Below are positions 1-12,856 of a stretch of 64,000 bases of DNA, in pieces. The notes below the pieces were generated by a model. That model was given only the letters and a program-made list of their open reading frames with translations. It made no database searches and had not been told where the DNA came from. The stretch comes from Squalus acanthias (lineage: Eukaryota): NCBI GenBank assembly GCA_030390025.1, contig CM059429.1, positions 71,114,001 to 71,178,000 of the forward strand, written 5' to 3'. Both the position numbers and the translations under genes were made by a program. Within the stretch, counting starts at the first letter, position 1. Each line of letters opens with the position of its first letter.

Positions 1-72
1 GCTGAAGGGAAATCCAAATGTTGAAGACTCAAAACTGGTGGTACATTCTGGTTAACATTTAGCACTTTTATA

Positions 73-235
73 TTTTATTACATGTATCCATAGGCCTCAG
101 TCTAACCGGACATGGGGCGTGTGTTAAGGTTTTTATTACATGTATCCATAGGCCTCAGTCTAACCGGACATGAGGCCTGTGGTAAGGTTTTTATTACCTA
201 TATCCCTGGGCCTCAGTCTGACTGGAGATAGGGTC
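73..235. repeat. ~58-bp tandem repeat, ~3 copies
   Basis: ttattacatgtatccataggcctcagtctaaccggacatg recurs with 58-bp spacing. Confidence 0.75.
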
Positions 236-734
236 TGAATTCCCAGCACTGTTTCTGTTATTTTGTGTGTGATATGAGTGTCAATATCTGTGTGCTTGAG
301 TGTAAAATGATGAGCATGATCTGCTGCTCTGACTGCTTTAGTTTCCTACGTCATCCCTTTCCCATGTCCTTTGTGGCGCTCCCGATTCTAGAGAGATTCC
401 TGTCCAGAGATAAAAGCACCAAGTAAGTGGGATTCGGGACCCTTGTTGTTTACTGTCTGATTCCAAAATGTTTGCTTCCTGCTTGTGGAAGGTAAAATGC
501 CATTGTCCAGGGTGTACCATTCATATCATGTCAAGATCTGATTCAAGATCAGAGATACAAGGCTCATACTTCTTCATAACCTTGCGAAATGATTTGAATC
601 TGACTGTTCCTGCAAACAGTGCCAGTGTCAATGCACCAATACGGGAACATTATGTACACAGCTGTTTTACAGAAATGTTGTTCTATCAATTGCTATTCAA
701 AGCTGTGCATCTAGCTTCCCCTCGCCCCAGCCCG

Positions 735-1282
735 CTGACCTAGGGTCTGTGTGTGACACGGGGCAGCCCCAGAGAGCGGCTTCCCCTCCCCCCTGCCCTT
801 TGACCCAGGGTCTGTGTGTGACACGGGGCAGCCCCAGAGAGCGGCTTCACCTCCCTCCTGCCCTTTGACCCAGGGTCTGTGTGTGACACGGGGCAGCCCC
901 AGAGAGCGGCTTCCCCATCCCCCTGCCCTTTGACCCAGGGTCTGTGTGTGACACGGGGCAGCCCCAGAGAGCGGCTTCCCCTCCCCCCTGACCTAGGGTC
1001 TGTGTGTGACACGGGGCAGCCCCAGAGAGCGGCTTACCCTCCCCCCTGCCCTTTGACCCAGGGTTTGTGTGTGACATGGGGCAGCCCCAGAGAGCGGCTT
1101 CACCTCCCCCCTGCCCTTTGACCCAGGGTCTGTGCGTGACACGGGGCAGCCCCAGAGAGCGGCTTCCCCTCCCCCCTGCCCTTTGACCTAGGGTCTGTGC
1201 GTGACACAGGGCAGCCCCAGAGAGCGGCTTCACCTCCCTCCCCCCCGCACCCACTCTTTGACCCAGGGTCTGTATGTGACGT
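735..1282. repeat. ~65-bp minisatellite, ~8 copies
   Basis: Unit tgacccagggtctgtgtgtgacacggggcagccccagagagcggcttcccctccccctgccctt starts at 801, 866, 931 and onward. Confidence 0.92.
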
Positions 1283-1590
1283 GGGAATGTCCAGAGAACA
1301 GGAAAGAGGAAAAAGACACATGAAAACAAGACAAAAATAAAGGCATTGACTCGGAGGAGATCAGCTGGTGAACTCCTGCTCTCCTGTGCCAATACCAGCA
1401 GGGCTCCGAGGCAAATTCTAGAGTTCATGTTGTTACCACAACGTTCTCAGAAACTGTTATGCAAATCAGATTGAGATAACTATCAAAAAACCATCATTAA
1501 ACCGTCGTTACTTCAGAAACAGAACCACTCCCGACTCTGGGAACACTGATCCATTCTGAAACAGTGGCCTGAATCACACACAAACACATA

Positions 1591-2407
1591 GGGGGAAAAA
1601 TTCGGTTGGTTAGCGCCTCCCATGGGAGCTAACGGGGAGCTAGCAACTTAGTGCCCGAGTGCGGTGATTTTAGCGCCGCTCGCGAAATTCACCTGTCGTT
1701 TTGCGCTGGCGCTAAACACGACCACCACGATCTCCTACGCCCGCAGATCGTGACGTCATGCAAGCGTGCAACGCCCCGAACCGGCTACTGAGTCGCGCCC
1801 TCTGCCTTAGCGCCTGCCGCTAGGAACGACAGGCATAGGGGAACGTTTTCAAGTCGGGAAGGGGCTGGGGCAGCGCTATTTAAAGGTGTGCACTTCCTCC
1901 TTTTTCTTGTCGGCAAAATTTTTGGTTCACGCAGGTTGAGAGGAAGAGAGACGTCTGGAGAGATTCAACGCTGTCCTAAGGAGTTTTGGCCCTCAGCACC
2001 ACTTTTGAGGTTCCTAAGCGCCGAGCTCTTTCCCTGGGCCTATCCATTAGTGCTTCCAACGCAATTGCTTTTGAGGTCTCTCCAGGCCGAGATTCAAGGC
2101 TGCAATGAGCAGGTTGTGGCTGGCCAGCAAGATGGCCCCTCTCCTTTAAGAACTGGACGGCGCCAGTCTGTCTGGCTTCCATGGTAACTGACATCGCCTG
2201 AGCTTCGGTAACGTTCTGAGGTAGCGCCTCGCTCCCCGACGTTAGCACCTTAAGAGAGGTCTGTAGCGCTTGATTTAGCGCTCAAATCAACTCCAGGGGC
2301 GATAGAGGCAAATTTTGCAGTCGGAGGCAATAATTAGTGCCGGGTGCTAAACTTTGCGCCCGGCCGATATTAGCGCCCTACAATGGGCGATAACCAATTT
2401 TTCCCCC
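1591..2407. mobile_element. Non-autonomous DNA transposon (PIF/Harbinger-like MITE)
   Basis: Terminal inverted repeats GGGGGAAAAATT / AATTTTTCCCCC, flanked by a 3-bp ATA duplication. CpG-rich interior. Confidence 0.7.
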
Positions 2408-2444
2408 ATAGAACCCTGTAAACATATCAAGTGCCTGCTAGTTA

Positions 2445-2740
2445 CCAGATAGTGTAGATACAGAGAAAATATTTCTGCTGATGGGGGAGGGGACATAATC
2501 TTAAAATTAGAGCTCGGCCATTCAGAAGGGAAATCAGGAAGCACTTCTTCACACAAAGGGTAGTAGAAATCTGGAATTCTCTTCTCCACAAGGCTGGGGG
2601 TCAACTGGAGCTGTCAGGACTGAGATCGATAGATTTTTGTATCAAGGGATATGGAGCATATGCGGGTAAATGGAGTTAAGATACAGATCAACCACGATCT
2701 AATTGAATGGCGAATGGCCTACTCCTGTTCCTATGTTACT
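2445..2740 (+). mobile_element. CR1 LINE 3' fragment
   Basis: Matches the 3' ends of other CR1 copies in the window (cacttcttcacacaaagggtagtag...gatctaattgaatggcg...ctcctgttcctatgtt). Confidence 0.7.
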
Positions 2741-3239
2741 GCATCATATCGGGATGTCTAATCTGAGGCTTGAGGCCTCGTGAGCCCACAGTGCTGCCAA
2801 TTCAGCCCTCAAAGCCCAGCAACCTGGCCCCATTTTGCGGCTTATATTTCTTACTCACTGGTGTGTGTGCTGTTTAAATTGTGTGGGGCCCGAAGTTTTG
2901 GAAACATGATGGTCTTAGCACTGTTGCCTCATTGGTGGATCAACTATAAATCAGAGCAGCTGGTAGCAGCAACCGGAGTTAACTGTTATTTAACGGGAAC
3001 TGGGATTTAAACTCTAAATGTGCTCGCAAGGCTCCATGATGGTGAGGCCCACAGGGACAAAAATCTGGACTCCTACTCCTATGCTCTCCTACTGTATACA
3101 GAGCCTTAAAGAGATTGCTGCAGGCCACTCAAAAAAAAAGTTTAAAATGATTTTTGTGGGCCAGGAGGAGCATTAATGTTCCACTGAGTAAATCGATCAT
3201 CATCTTCAATGCACAGCCCTCCCCCAGGATCGTCTCCTC

Positions 3240-3600
3240 TTCCCCCCCCCCCCCACCCCCAATGTACCCGCACCACCTGGGCCTTCCCTCCCCAGTAACA
3301 TAGCCACTCTGGCTGGGCTCCTCCTCCCCCCCCACCCCCCAATCGTAGCTGCTCTGGCTGGGCTCCCCCTCCACCCCCCCCCCGCACCCCACCAACCCCC
3401 TATCGTAGCTGCTCTGGCTGGGCTCCCCCTCCACCCCACCCCCCCCCCCACCAACCCCCTATCGTACCCGCTCTGGCTGGGCTCCCCCTCCCCCCACCCC
3501 CCCCCCCCACCAACCCCCTATCGTACCCGCTCTGGCTGGACTCCCCCCGCCCCCCCCCACCAACCCCCTAACGTACCCGCTCTGGCTAGGCTCCCCGGTG
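3240..3600. repeat. C-rich ~58-60-bp tandem repeat
   Basis: Recurrent ccccctatcgta(g/c)c(t/c)gctctggctgggctcccc separated by poly-C runs. Confidence 0.75.
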
Positions 3601-4249
3601 CGGTCGCCAAATTTCTCACTTCTTCCGAACAGTTCGCCGGCGAAATGCAAATGAGGCACCACCACAAAAACGGTTCAGGCCTCCGACCACTTCCGTTGGG
3701 TGGGCAGCAGCTTGTCCTGCCCTCCTCCCGCCCGCTGGAAGCGGTCACTTGGAAACTGAGCCCTGGGCGTGAAAGTCCAAGATCTCAGCAATTCCTGTTT
3801 AGGACATGTAGGTGGTATGAGAGTGAGGGAAGGAAAGGGAGAGGGAGAAGGAGGGATGGGCAGAGGGAGCAGGGGGAGGAGGGAGAGTGAGGGGTACAGG
3901 AAGTGAGGTTGAGAGAGACTGACAGGCAGAGGGAGAGAGGCAGAGGCAGTGAGTGGCAGCGAGAGTAAGTGCCAAATCAGAGGGCGGGCAGAGAAGGGTG
4001 CTGATAGAGAGTGAAAAGGGGTTAACAGAGAGGTAATGGATTGAAAGGAAGGGGAGGGCACTAGCTTAGTGCTCTCAGCTCCTGCACAACACCCCTTGAC
4101 AGGATGGGGGTTTAAGAGAAAGGAAACTACAGGGTTGCAGCAGCGGTTTAATGGACTGTGCTAAAAAGCCGTGAGAAACAGTAACACATTGCTCACTAAA
4201 CCACCCCAATCATTAAGATACTTTCATTCCCTCAAGCTCAGTTCTACAC

Positions 4250-4605
4250 CTCTGACCAACTATACCACCCAGTCCCAGAGTGTGAAAGGACAGTGTCTGA
4301 CCCACTGTACCACCCAGTCCCAGAGTGTGAAAGGACAGTGTCTGACCCACTGTACCACCCAATCCCAGAGTGTGAAAGGACAGTGTGTGACCCACTGTAC
4401 TGCCCAGTCCCAGAGTGTGAAAGGACAGTGTCTGACCCACTGTACCACCCAGTCCCAGAGTGTGAAAGGACAGTGTCTGACCCACTGTACACCCAGTCCC
4501 AGAGTGTGAAAGGACAGTGTCTGACCCACTGTACCACCCAGTCCCAGAGTGTGAAAGGACAGTGTCTGACCCACTGTACCAGCCAGTCCCAGAGTGTGAT
4601 AGGAC
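4250..4605 (-). repeat. 45-bp minisatellite (tRNA-SINE-head-like unit), left part of the array
   Basis: Unit agtcccagagtgtgaaaggacagtgtctgacccactgtaccaccc. ORFs here show 15-aa periodicity. Confidence 0.93.
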
Positions 4606-6785
4606 GCCAACTCTCTGACATCTCCTCCTACCTCCACCTGGACCATGACCCCACTACCGAACATCAAGCCACCGTTTCCAAGACTGTCACTGACCTCATC
4701 TCCTCTGGAGATCTTCCCCCCACGGCCGCCAACCTCATAGTTCCCCAACCCTGCACAGCCCACTTCTACCTCCTTCCCTGGATCCACAAACAGGACTGCC
4801 CTGGTAGACCCATCGTTTCAGCCTGCTCTTGCCCCACGGAACTTATCTCTTCCTATCTCGACTCTATTTTTTCTCCCCTTGTCCAGTCTGTTCCCACCTA
4901 CATCCGCGACTCTTCCGACGCCCTCCGCCACTTTAACAGTTTCCAGTTTCCCGGCCCCAACCGCCTCCTTTTCACTATGGACGTACAATCCCTCTACACC
5001 TCCATCCCCCACCAGGATGGCCTGAGGGCGCTCCGCTTCTTCCTTGAACAGAGGCCCAACCAGTCCCCATCCACCACCACCCTCCTCCACCTGGCTGAAC
5101 ATGTTCTCACATTGAACAACTTCTCCTTTGACTCCACTCATTTCCTCCAAATCAAAGGTGTTGCTATGGGTACCCGCATGGGTCCTAGCTATGCCTGCCT
5201 TTTCGTGGGATATGTGGAACACTCTTTGTTCCAGTCCTACTCGGGTCCCCTCCCTCACCTCTTTTTTCCGGTACATTGATGACTGTATCGGTGCCGTCTC
5301 CTGCTTTCGCCCTGAACTAGAAAATTTCATTCACTTTGCTTCCAATTTCCACCCTTCCTTCACCTTCACATGGTCCATCTCTGACTCTTCCCTTCCCTTC
5401 CTCGACTTCTCCGTCTCCATCTCTGGGGATAGCTTATAGACAAACATTCACTACAAGCCCACTGACTCCCACAGCTACCTGGACTGCACTTCCTCCCACC
5501 CCGCCTCCTGTAAGGACTCTATTCCATTCTCCCAGTTTCTCCGTCTCTGCCGCATCTGCTCTGACGATGCCACCTTCCATACCAGTGCTTCCGACATGTC
5601 TTTCTTTTTCTTCAACCGAGGATTCCCCTCTACTGTGGTTGACACGGCCCTCGACCGTGTCCGTTCTAACTCCCGCACTTCTGTCCTCACCCCGCCCCTC
5701 CCTCCCGGAACCACGATAGAGTTCCCCTTGTCCTCACCTTTCACCCCACCAGCCTCCACATTCAACGGATCATTCTCCGCCATTTCCGCCACCTCCAGCG
5801 TGATCCCACCACCAAACGAATCTTCCCCTCACCTCCCCTTTCAGCATTCCGTAGGGACCGCTCCCTCCGCGACACCCTAGTCCACTCCTCTACCACCCCC
5901 AGCACCCCTTCCCCTTCGCCCGGCACCTTCCCGTGCAAGCGCAAGAGATGCAACACATACCCTTATACCTCCCCCCTTCCCACTGTCCAGGGCCCCAAAC
6001 ACCCCTTCCAGGTGAAACAGTGATTTACTTGTACTTCTTGCAATTTAGTATACTGTATTCGCTGCTCACGATGTGGTCTCCTCTACATTGGGGAGACCAA
6101 ACGCAGATTGGGTGACCGCTTTGCGGAACACCTCTGTTCTGTCCGTAAGGGGGACCCCGAGCTCCCGGTGGCCTGTCACTTTAATTCACCGCTCCATTCC
6201 CACTCTGACCTCACCGTCCTCGGCCTCTTGCATTGTTCCACGGAAGCTCAGCATAAGCTTGAGGAACAGCACCTCATCTTTCGATTAGGCACTCTACGGC
6301 CCTCTGGACTCAACATAGAGTTCAACAATTTCAGATCATAACCTCGGCCCCTATCACATATATATATATTTTTTTTATCCACACTTTTTGTTTGGCCTTT
6401 TTTTCTTCCCTCCCACATGGCAGCTGTCCTTCATTCTGCCAGCGCAATTCACATTTCATCGAGAGCCATCCTTTGTTCCTTAACCTGTCCCATTTCCACC
6501 TCCTCTTGCCTTGAATATCTCTTAATGTCTCTTAATCTCTCCTGCTTTCTATCCTATCACTGACCTTCCCTTTTGTTCTTTCATCCCCCCCCCCGCTTTT
6601 CCCAACCCCTAAACTTGCTTTAAAATCTATTCCATTTCCTGCTTTTTTCCAGTTCTGACGAAAGGTCTTCGACCTGAAACGTTAACTCTGTTTCTCTCTC
6701 CACGGATGCTGCCTGGCCTGCTGAGTTTTTCCAGCGTTTTCTGTTGTTAGTTCGAATTTCCAGTATCCGCAGTATTTTGCTATTA
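4606..6785 (+). mobile_element. 5'-truncated Penelope-like retroelement (RT + GIY-YIG; Neptune-like Cys linker), disrupted, with a 3' hammerhead
   Basis: RT motifs GRPIVS, MDVQSLYTSIP, GVAMGTRMGPSYA and FFRYIDD. Linker PCKRKRC. GIY-YIG VYCIRCSRCGLLYIGET...RFAEH. Frameshifts and stops present. 9-bp TSD TGATAGGAC at 4597-4605 and 6786-6794. Confidence 0.9.
6651..6687 (+). ncRNA. Minimal type I hammerhead ribozyme motif in the Penelope 3' end
   Basis: agtt-CTGACGA-aaggtcttcgacct-GAAAC-GTT-aact: core boxes, helix II aggtc/gacct and helix I agtt/aact. Confidence 0.7.
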
Positions 6786-7263
6786 TGATAGGACAGTGTC
6801 TGACCCACTGTACCATCCAGCCCCAGAGGGTGAAAGGACAGTCTCTGACCCACTGTACCACCCAGTCCCAGAGTGTGAAAGGACAGTGTCTGACCCACTG
6901 TACTACCCAGTCCCAGAGTGTGAAAGGACAGTGTCTGACCTACTGTACCACCCAGTCCCAGAGTTTGAAAGGACAGTGTCTCACCCACTGCACCACCCAG
7001 TCCCAGAGTGTGAAAGGACAGTGTCTGACCCACTGTACAACCCAGTCCCAGAGTGTGAAAGGACAGTGTCTGACCCACTGTACAACCCAGTCCCAGAGTG
7101 TGAAAGGACAGTGTCTGACCCACTGTACCACCCAGTCCCAGAGTGTGAAAGGACAGTGTCTGACCCACTGTACCACCCAGTCCCAGAGTGTGAAAGGACA
7201 GTGTCTGACCCACTGTACAACCCAGTCCCAGAGTGTGAAAGGACAGTGTCTGACCCACTGTAC
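6786..7263 (-). repeat. 45-bp minisatellite, right part of the same array; ends ~30 bp from the KLHL24 exon donor
   Basis: ~10.5 copies of the same 45-bp unit. Confidence 0.93.
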
Positions 7264-7292
7264 TTGATCACTCTGTGCTTGGATTCTCTTAC

Positions 7293-7477
7293 CTGACACG
7301 AGAATGTCATTCCTCAGGGCGCACACAGCGTACTCAGATTTGGTGAACTCTGGGAGTTTGGCCAGCGACTTCCACTCTCCTGTCATTGGATCATAGCATT
7401 CAGTGTAAGGCAGATTGAAGCCTCCCACTCGCTCACAGCCTCCCACCACCACAATAACCTCGGAGTAACCCGTGGAC
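7293..7477 (-). CDS. KLHL24: KLHL24 second coding exon (185 nt; first Kelch repeat)
   Basis: Encodes STGYSEVIVVVGGCERVGGFNLPYTECYDPMTGEWKSLAKLPEFTKSEYAVCALRNDILVS. CAG acceptor at 7480-7478 and GTAAG donor at 7292. Splices in frame with the 920-nt exon (AG|G = Arg). Confidence 0.96.
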
Positions 7478-8282
7478 CTGGAGGGAAGGAAAGAGCAGAA
7501 AGGCAGGATGGGTACTCGCACTGGATAGCAAAATACTACAGAACACCGATTGGCCAAGTGTGGCCGCGTATCTGCTGCCATGTCGACAAGGGGCTTGACG
7601 CACTACAGTGCCATCAGTGAGCCAGGCATCATGCCCGTCAAAAGGATGGGACTCAGCACAGTAACTATGGCAACCAACAGGCCTGGTGGCTGTGATTTGG
7701 AGCATGGTTAAAATCTGCCGTTGTTCAGTCCAAATCTCAGTTACTCTGCCCCAGAAATTCCCATCAACCTGCAGGGAAAATAAGTTGACTAAATGGCACT
7801 CACCACACACCTCTCCTCAGCGAGCAGCACTGTCCTTTCACACTCGGTGACTGAGGTGGGGTGTGGGAGGTAGGATCAGGGATGCCCACGTTCCCACTAT
7901 GAGGTCCTCCTACATTACAGACCCAATTCTGACCCAAACCCTCCATTGACCAGCTACGTGTCATTTGGGGCAAGTTGCCTAATTGCAGCCACTCAATAAG
8001 AGTGGATCTGAACTGTATGGAGTTGTGTGTCAGAACCAGGACTGACACAGTCTAACCACATGTAGCTCAGTGCTACCGCCTGCTCTCTACAGCTGCCAGT
8101 CAGAACAATACTTTCAGCCCGATTCCTCATTAGCAAATGGGGTTGCACCACCTAACGAGTGGTCACCCTGGTATTTCTGACACGCTTGGCTCTCCTGCCA
8201 GCTGATCACGATACAGGGCATCGCAAGCTTCGGGGATACTTCAAATAAGAAAGCCGGGTTTTTGTTTCCAGCCCCGCCTCAC

Positions 8283-9202
8283 CTGCGAGGCCTAGTCCGC
8301 GGTGACATCATCTCGTTGCCCAGCACATGGTACCTCCTAGCCTCGTGCAGGAGCTGGTAGCACTCGGGAGAGTTCTGGATCAGCTGGTTCCCTTCCACCG
8401 TCTGCACAAAATAATTGGGGTGCAGCAGGGGGAGCCTGATGTGGGTCAGCAGCTCCTTCACCATGGGCCTCCGCCGGTCGATGTCATGATAGACCCAACG
8501 CATCACCGACTCGTACGCCGTCTCTTCCTTGCCGATGACCAGATCGTCGCTGGAGACGTAATCGATAAGCTCGTCCTTCTCCAGTCCCAGGAACTCCTCG
8601 TGCATGGCGACCTCGGAGAACGTCTGCAGGCCGAAGGCTTTGCACTTGGAGTGCAGCGGCTTCAGGGAGTGGGTGTCTGCAAACTTCTGGATGCCCAGGC
8701 AGTTGCAGGGGTCGAGCTGCTCCTCCAAGAACTTGGCGCAGGCGTCTCGGATGGAGCAGATTTGGAAGAGGCTGGAGGTCTCAAACAGATATTGCACGTT
8801 GTCCGTGGTGATCTTCACCTTTCCCGTGTAGACGTACTGCAGGAACTGGTCCATGGCGTCGGCGAAGATGCCATTGATCTCCACCAGCATCTCCCTGCTC
8901 TCGCGATGGTCATTGCAGAACATGGCCCTGAAGTAGCTGCTGCAGGAGGAGAGGACGGCTCGGTGGCAGGGGAACTCGCGGCCCTCCACACAGATGACCA
9001 CGTCGGTGAAGAGCCGGCTGTCCCTGAACTCATTCAGCATCTGCAGGATGCCCTCAGCGTGGGATGGGCCCGAGGAGAAGTCATAAATGTCTTGACTCAC
9101 CACGGGCTTCTGGTCCACTTCAAAGACTTTGCGTTTGGTGATGGGCGAGTCACGGAAGCGGCTATCATCCCTGTTAATGCGTCGTCCCAGGATCAGCACC
9201 AT
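8283..9202 (-). CDS. KLHL24: KLHL24 first coding exon (920 coding nt; N-terminus, BTB and BACK domains). The exon extends upstream into the 5'UTR to 9247.
   Basis: Translation MVLILGRRINRDD...TKRKVFE...FTDVVICVEGREFPCHRAVL...GNEMMSPRTRPR matches recalled vertebrate KLHL24. On the - strand, a polypyrimidine tract and CAG acceptor precede 9247 and a GTGAG donor follows 8283 (phase 2). Confidence 0.96.
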
Positions 9203-9689
9203 GGCTTTATCCGGCCACTCACTGCAGCAAGAGGCTCCTGTATGATCCTGGGAGCAGAGAGAGGCAAATTCTATTAAAATTTCAATGACAATATTTACTC
9301 ATTATACAAAAAGGATATTATTCCTCCACTTATTGTGTACTGCACAAAGGGGCAGTGTTATTAGGAGTAATGGGGTAATATACTCCTTGCTGTATACTGT
9401 ACACAGGGAAAGTGGACACTGATGCAGGGATTACTCCAAGGCAGAACCAGGTCTGTTGAAAGAATGGCCCAGAAGTATTGTATTTGGCCAGGTGCTGCAT
9501 TCAATACCTGCCTTATATGACACCAAGGCTTCCTTTTAACCCATTTGAAAACTGAAATATCTCCTTAATATTCAAAACATTTAAATCTTTCTTTTCATAA
9601 AATTGTTTTCTGAAACCTTTAATCCTGCTTCTTGCCCATCGATTCTTCCCTATCCTACAGTTGCTGATTCTCCTCTGGGTACAATCCTG

Positions 9690-10210
9690 AAGAGACTGAT
9701 TTTCCATTGGGTCACCCTTGGAGTGTGTACAGTCTTGGTCACCCTATTATGGGAAGAATATAAAGCAATGGAAAATGTGCAGCATAGATTCAGGAAGTTG
9801 TTACCAGGGGTGAGGGGTTGCAGTTAGGAAGAGAGATTTGAGAAGTTTGGAATTTTTTCACTCGAGGTGAGAAGTTTAAAGGGAAACCTGATAGATGTCT
9901 TCAAGGTTATGAAGAGTTATGACAAGGTAAATAGTGAGAGATTGTTTCCATTGGTCAACAAGACCGTAACAATAGGGCACAAATTCAAGAAAGAATTAAG
10001 GGGAAGTTAGAAAAAAATTCTTAAGACAGAGTGTGCTTAGAATGTGGAATTCCATGCCAAAAAAGTTAACGAGAGTCTATAATTAGTTTAAAATGGAATT
10101 AAATAGTGACGAAAGATTATGGGGAGTGAGGAGAGTGTGATTAGACTGGTGAATCATGTGGAAAATAACACCAGCACAGACATGGTGGACCAAATGGTCA
10201 GTTCCTGTGA
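9690..10210 (+). mobile_element. Old degenerate CR1 3' fragment
   Basis: Degenerate RT C-terminus (MENVQHRFRKLLPG) and CR1 3' UTR similarity. Confidence 0.65.
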
Positions 10211-12856
10211 CCCCCCCGGCTCGTCGTGTTGTGTCCACTTTCCTTCTCGTACCACTCACGGGTTACCTTAGGAGCAGCCATATGGGTTAGCCGAGCAGAC
10301 TGCTGCTGCTGCATGCTCCCTTCCACCTGTAACCTAACACCGTGACAACATTAAAAACCGCTCACAGACACACCGACCACACTTCACAACCCCCTTAACC
10401 TGGCGGGCAAGACACTAACGCGATTGAAATAAAATATTAAAAATTATTGTTTCGTCTTAATTGTATTCTTCTCCTCTCCAGTGTTGAGCCGCCCTTGGGG
10501 GTTCAGTTCCATGGGTCTCAGTTCCTGAGGCTCAGTGGGTAGATTGATTAGAGGTCTAGAGAAAGCCTGTACCAACCGGGTCTCCATTCACTGCACTGGG
10601 TGTCAGTCTGTACAGGGTGATAGTGTATTCCTAGACAGTGACTGTTAGGTTTATGGGACAGTGTTGCCCAACTCCCATACTTTCCAGATAGTTTCAGTGG
10701 TTACTCTTTAAGGGCTGGTGGTCTGGCCTATTTTTTCCCTCTTAACTTAGGGCACTGAGGCCAATTATACCCCAATTGAGATCAATTAATTCAGCACAGA
10801 CTAGGCCCCTCCTGGTATGCACTGTTCAATAATATGAACTGAGCCATGGAAGGGGACTTTATTTAATGGAGGTGTGTTATCTGTATTGGAGGGGCTGTGA
10901 TTTTATTTAATCGAGGTGTTTATCTGTATTGGGGTGCTGTAAGTTTGTTTAATGGATTGTGCTTATCTATGTGGGGAGGATGCGATCTTATTTAATTAAT
11001 AGAGGCGTGTATATCTGTATTGGGGGTGGGTTTGCTAGTCTATGCTGCTGCAATGTAAACCAGTCCACACAAACAGGAAAATAACAAGGGTGTTTCGAAA
11101 CAGGAACTGTTCTGTAACCTTCCAAACAGTGAACCATAACACATGAGAACACAGTTGAACTCGCGTCACTGTATTTATGTTCTCTAATTACAGGGGGCGT
11201 GACTTATAGTCCAGGGTCTACAAGGGTGGGATTCATAGTTCCTTGTTTCAGTTAAGACGATGGTCATATTGTGGCGTGGCGGGGCGGGGGGGAGCCAGAT
11301 ACCGTGCGTAGGCTTCGCCGCTGATTTGCATCAACTTCATAACCTCAGCATCAAAACAGCAATTGATCATGTGGCGTGTGTACACATAGAACGTCAGACA
11401 CGGAACTACACACAAACACAACTACACACAAACATTACACACACAAAACTCCAAATACAGAACCGCACACACATAACTACACACACACACAGAGCTATAC
11501 AAATATATTGTATAAACACAATTAGACGCAACACTTGACAGACACGCAATTCCACAGATAGAGATCGTCCTGTTGATGTCAGGCAGGGTTCCCTAAAAAG
11601 CAAAAGCGGACGTGTAATTATAGATGGTGCATCAAAGCAGGCACCATCTGTCCTAGGAATCTCAGACATGAACAGCAACAGACAGCAAGGAGAACGGTGC
11701 TTGGCTCCTCTGGGGAAAACGGTCCCTAACCAGTTCTTCTCCTTTACATTCAGAATGAGTCATGTTTCAATTTTACTGTCACCCAATTGCCAAGTGCCGA
11801 TCAGGACCGGCCCTGCGCCTATCTAACCCGTGGCTGCTCAGTTCTTGGTGGAGAGACAACAATGGAATAGTATTTTTTTTTAATTCCCCCAGCACGGACA
11901 GCAGACAAAAAAAATTACTCCGGCAAATCAGTTTAAGAGGGGGAGGGGGCGAGCTCAATGCTGCGAGGCTCGGGCTAAGGCTGGGTTGCTGGGACATGTA
12001 AAGTCCGGACTCGGCTGATGCCAGGCTGGAACAAGGCATCAGCTGCTTGGGACTTCGGAGAACTCGAATCAGCAGAGGGGATAAAGAAACCCATCACATC
12101 CGCCTGGAAACTGAGCCTCAGCTGGTAAACAAAGAGCAAGTTTCAGCAGAGACTCTGCGCCCTCTCCTGATCACTCCCTGAATGGCAAAGGCAATCGCAA
12201 AACATTCGCTTTGTTTTTATTGGGATTATTTATATATTCATGTTATTTTCAAAAAGACTAAAACGGATCACTGTGGGGCAGAGCTGTGCTCCTGGGAGCT
12301 TGTGTTTTCCCCCATAGTTTTACCTAGCCAGGGATTTTATTCCTATGATTTTTTTTTTACGTGTTCCTTAACTCAATGTAAACAAAACTCTCTCCAGATC
12401 ACATGGAAGGAACAATAACAGTCGGCGTCAGCACCATCTTTATTTTCTTGTGTGTGCCTTTTCTGTCAGTGTCTGGACTGGCACACGACCCACAAAACAA
12501 AACCAGCCTCCGCAATCCCCATTTAGTGCCGGAGCCTTCCCGACACCTCGCCAGTCACCTTCTGGGTTGAAATAACCAGAGGTTTGATCTCTCTGCCCAC
12601 CGGGAATCAGTCCAAACAGGATTACAATTCCTCAAGCGGCGATCCAGTAAACCGCTTTCAAGTTCACTTCTGTTATTTTTTGTAACAAGAATCTATTTCC
12701 ATGTGTTGGAGAAAAAAAAAGTCCTTATTTATTTCTGTACCAACCTGCTCTGATTCAAACCAGTCAGGAAACAAAATCTCAAAATGTTTTCTAACAGTTC
12801 ACTCACTTATGTAACAATCACACCTTTTAAATCTGTAAATAACAACCAATTCTTAC

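Noticed and set aside
1-4250. Search for the next KLHL24 exon (expected GRINSRDVW...GRWRHKM)
   Set aside because: No matching translation was seen by eye. The exon presumably lies outside the window.
6620-7310. Cys/His-periodic ORFs (QCLTHCTTQ) that suggest zinc fingers
   Set aside because: They arise from a stop-free 45-bp unit that is open in several frames on both strands. The sequence is intronic.
8327-9277. 316-aa + strand ORF antisense to the KLHL24 exon
   Set aside because: It coincides with the GC3-rich coding exon and is a typical shadow ORF with no recognisable domain.
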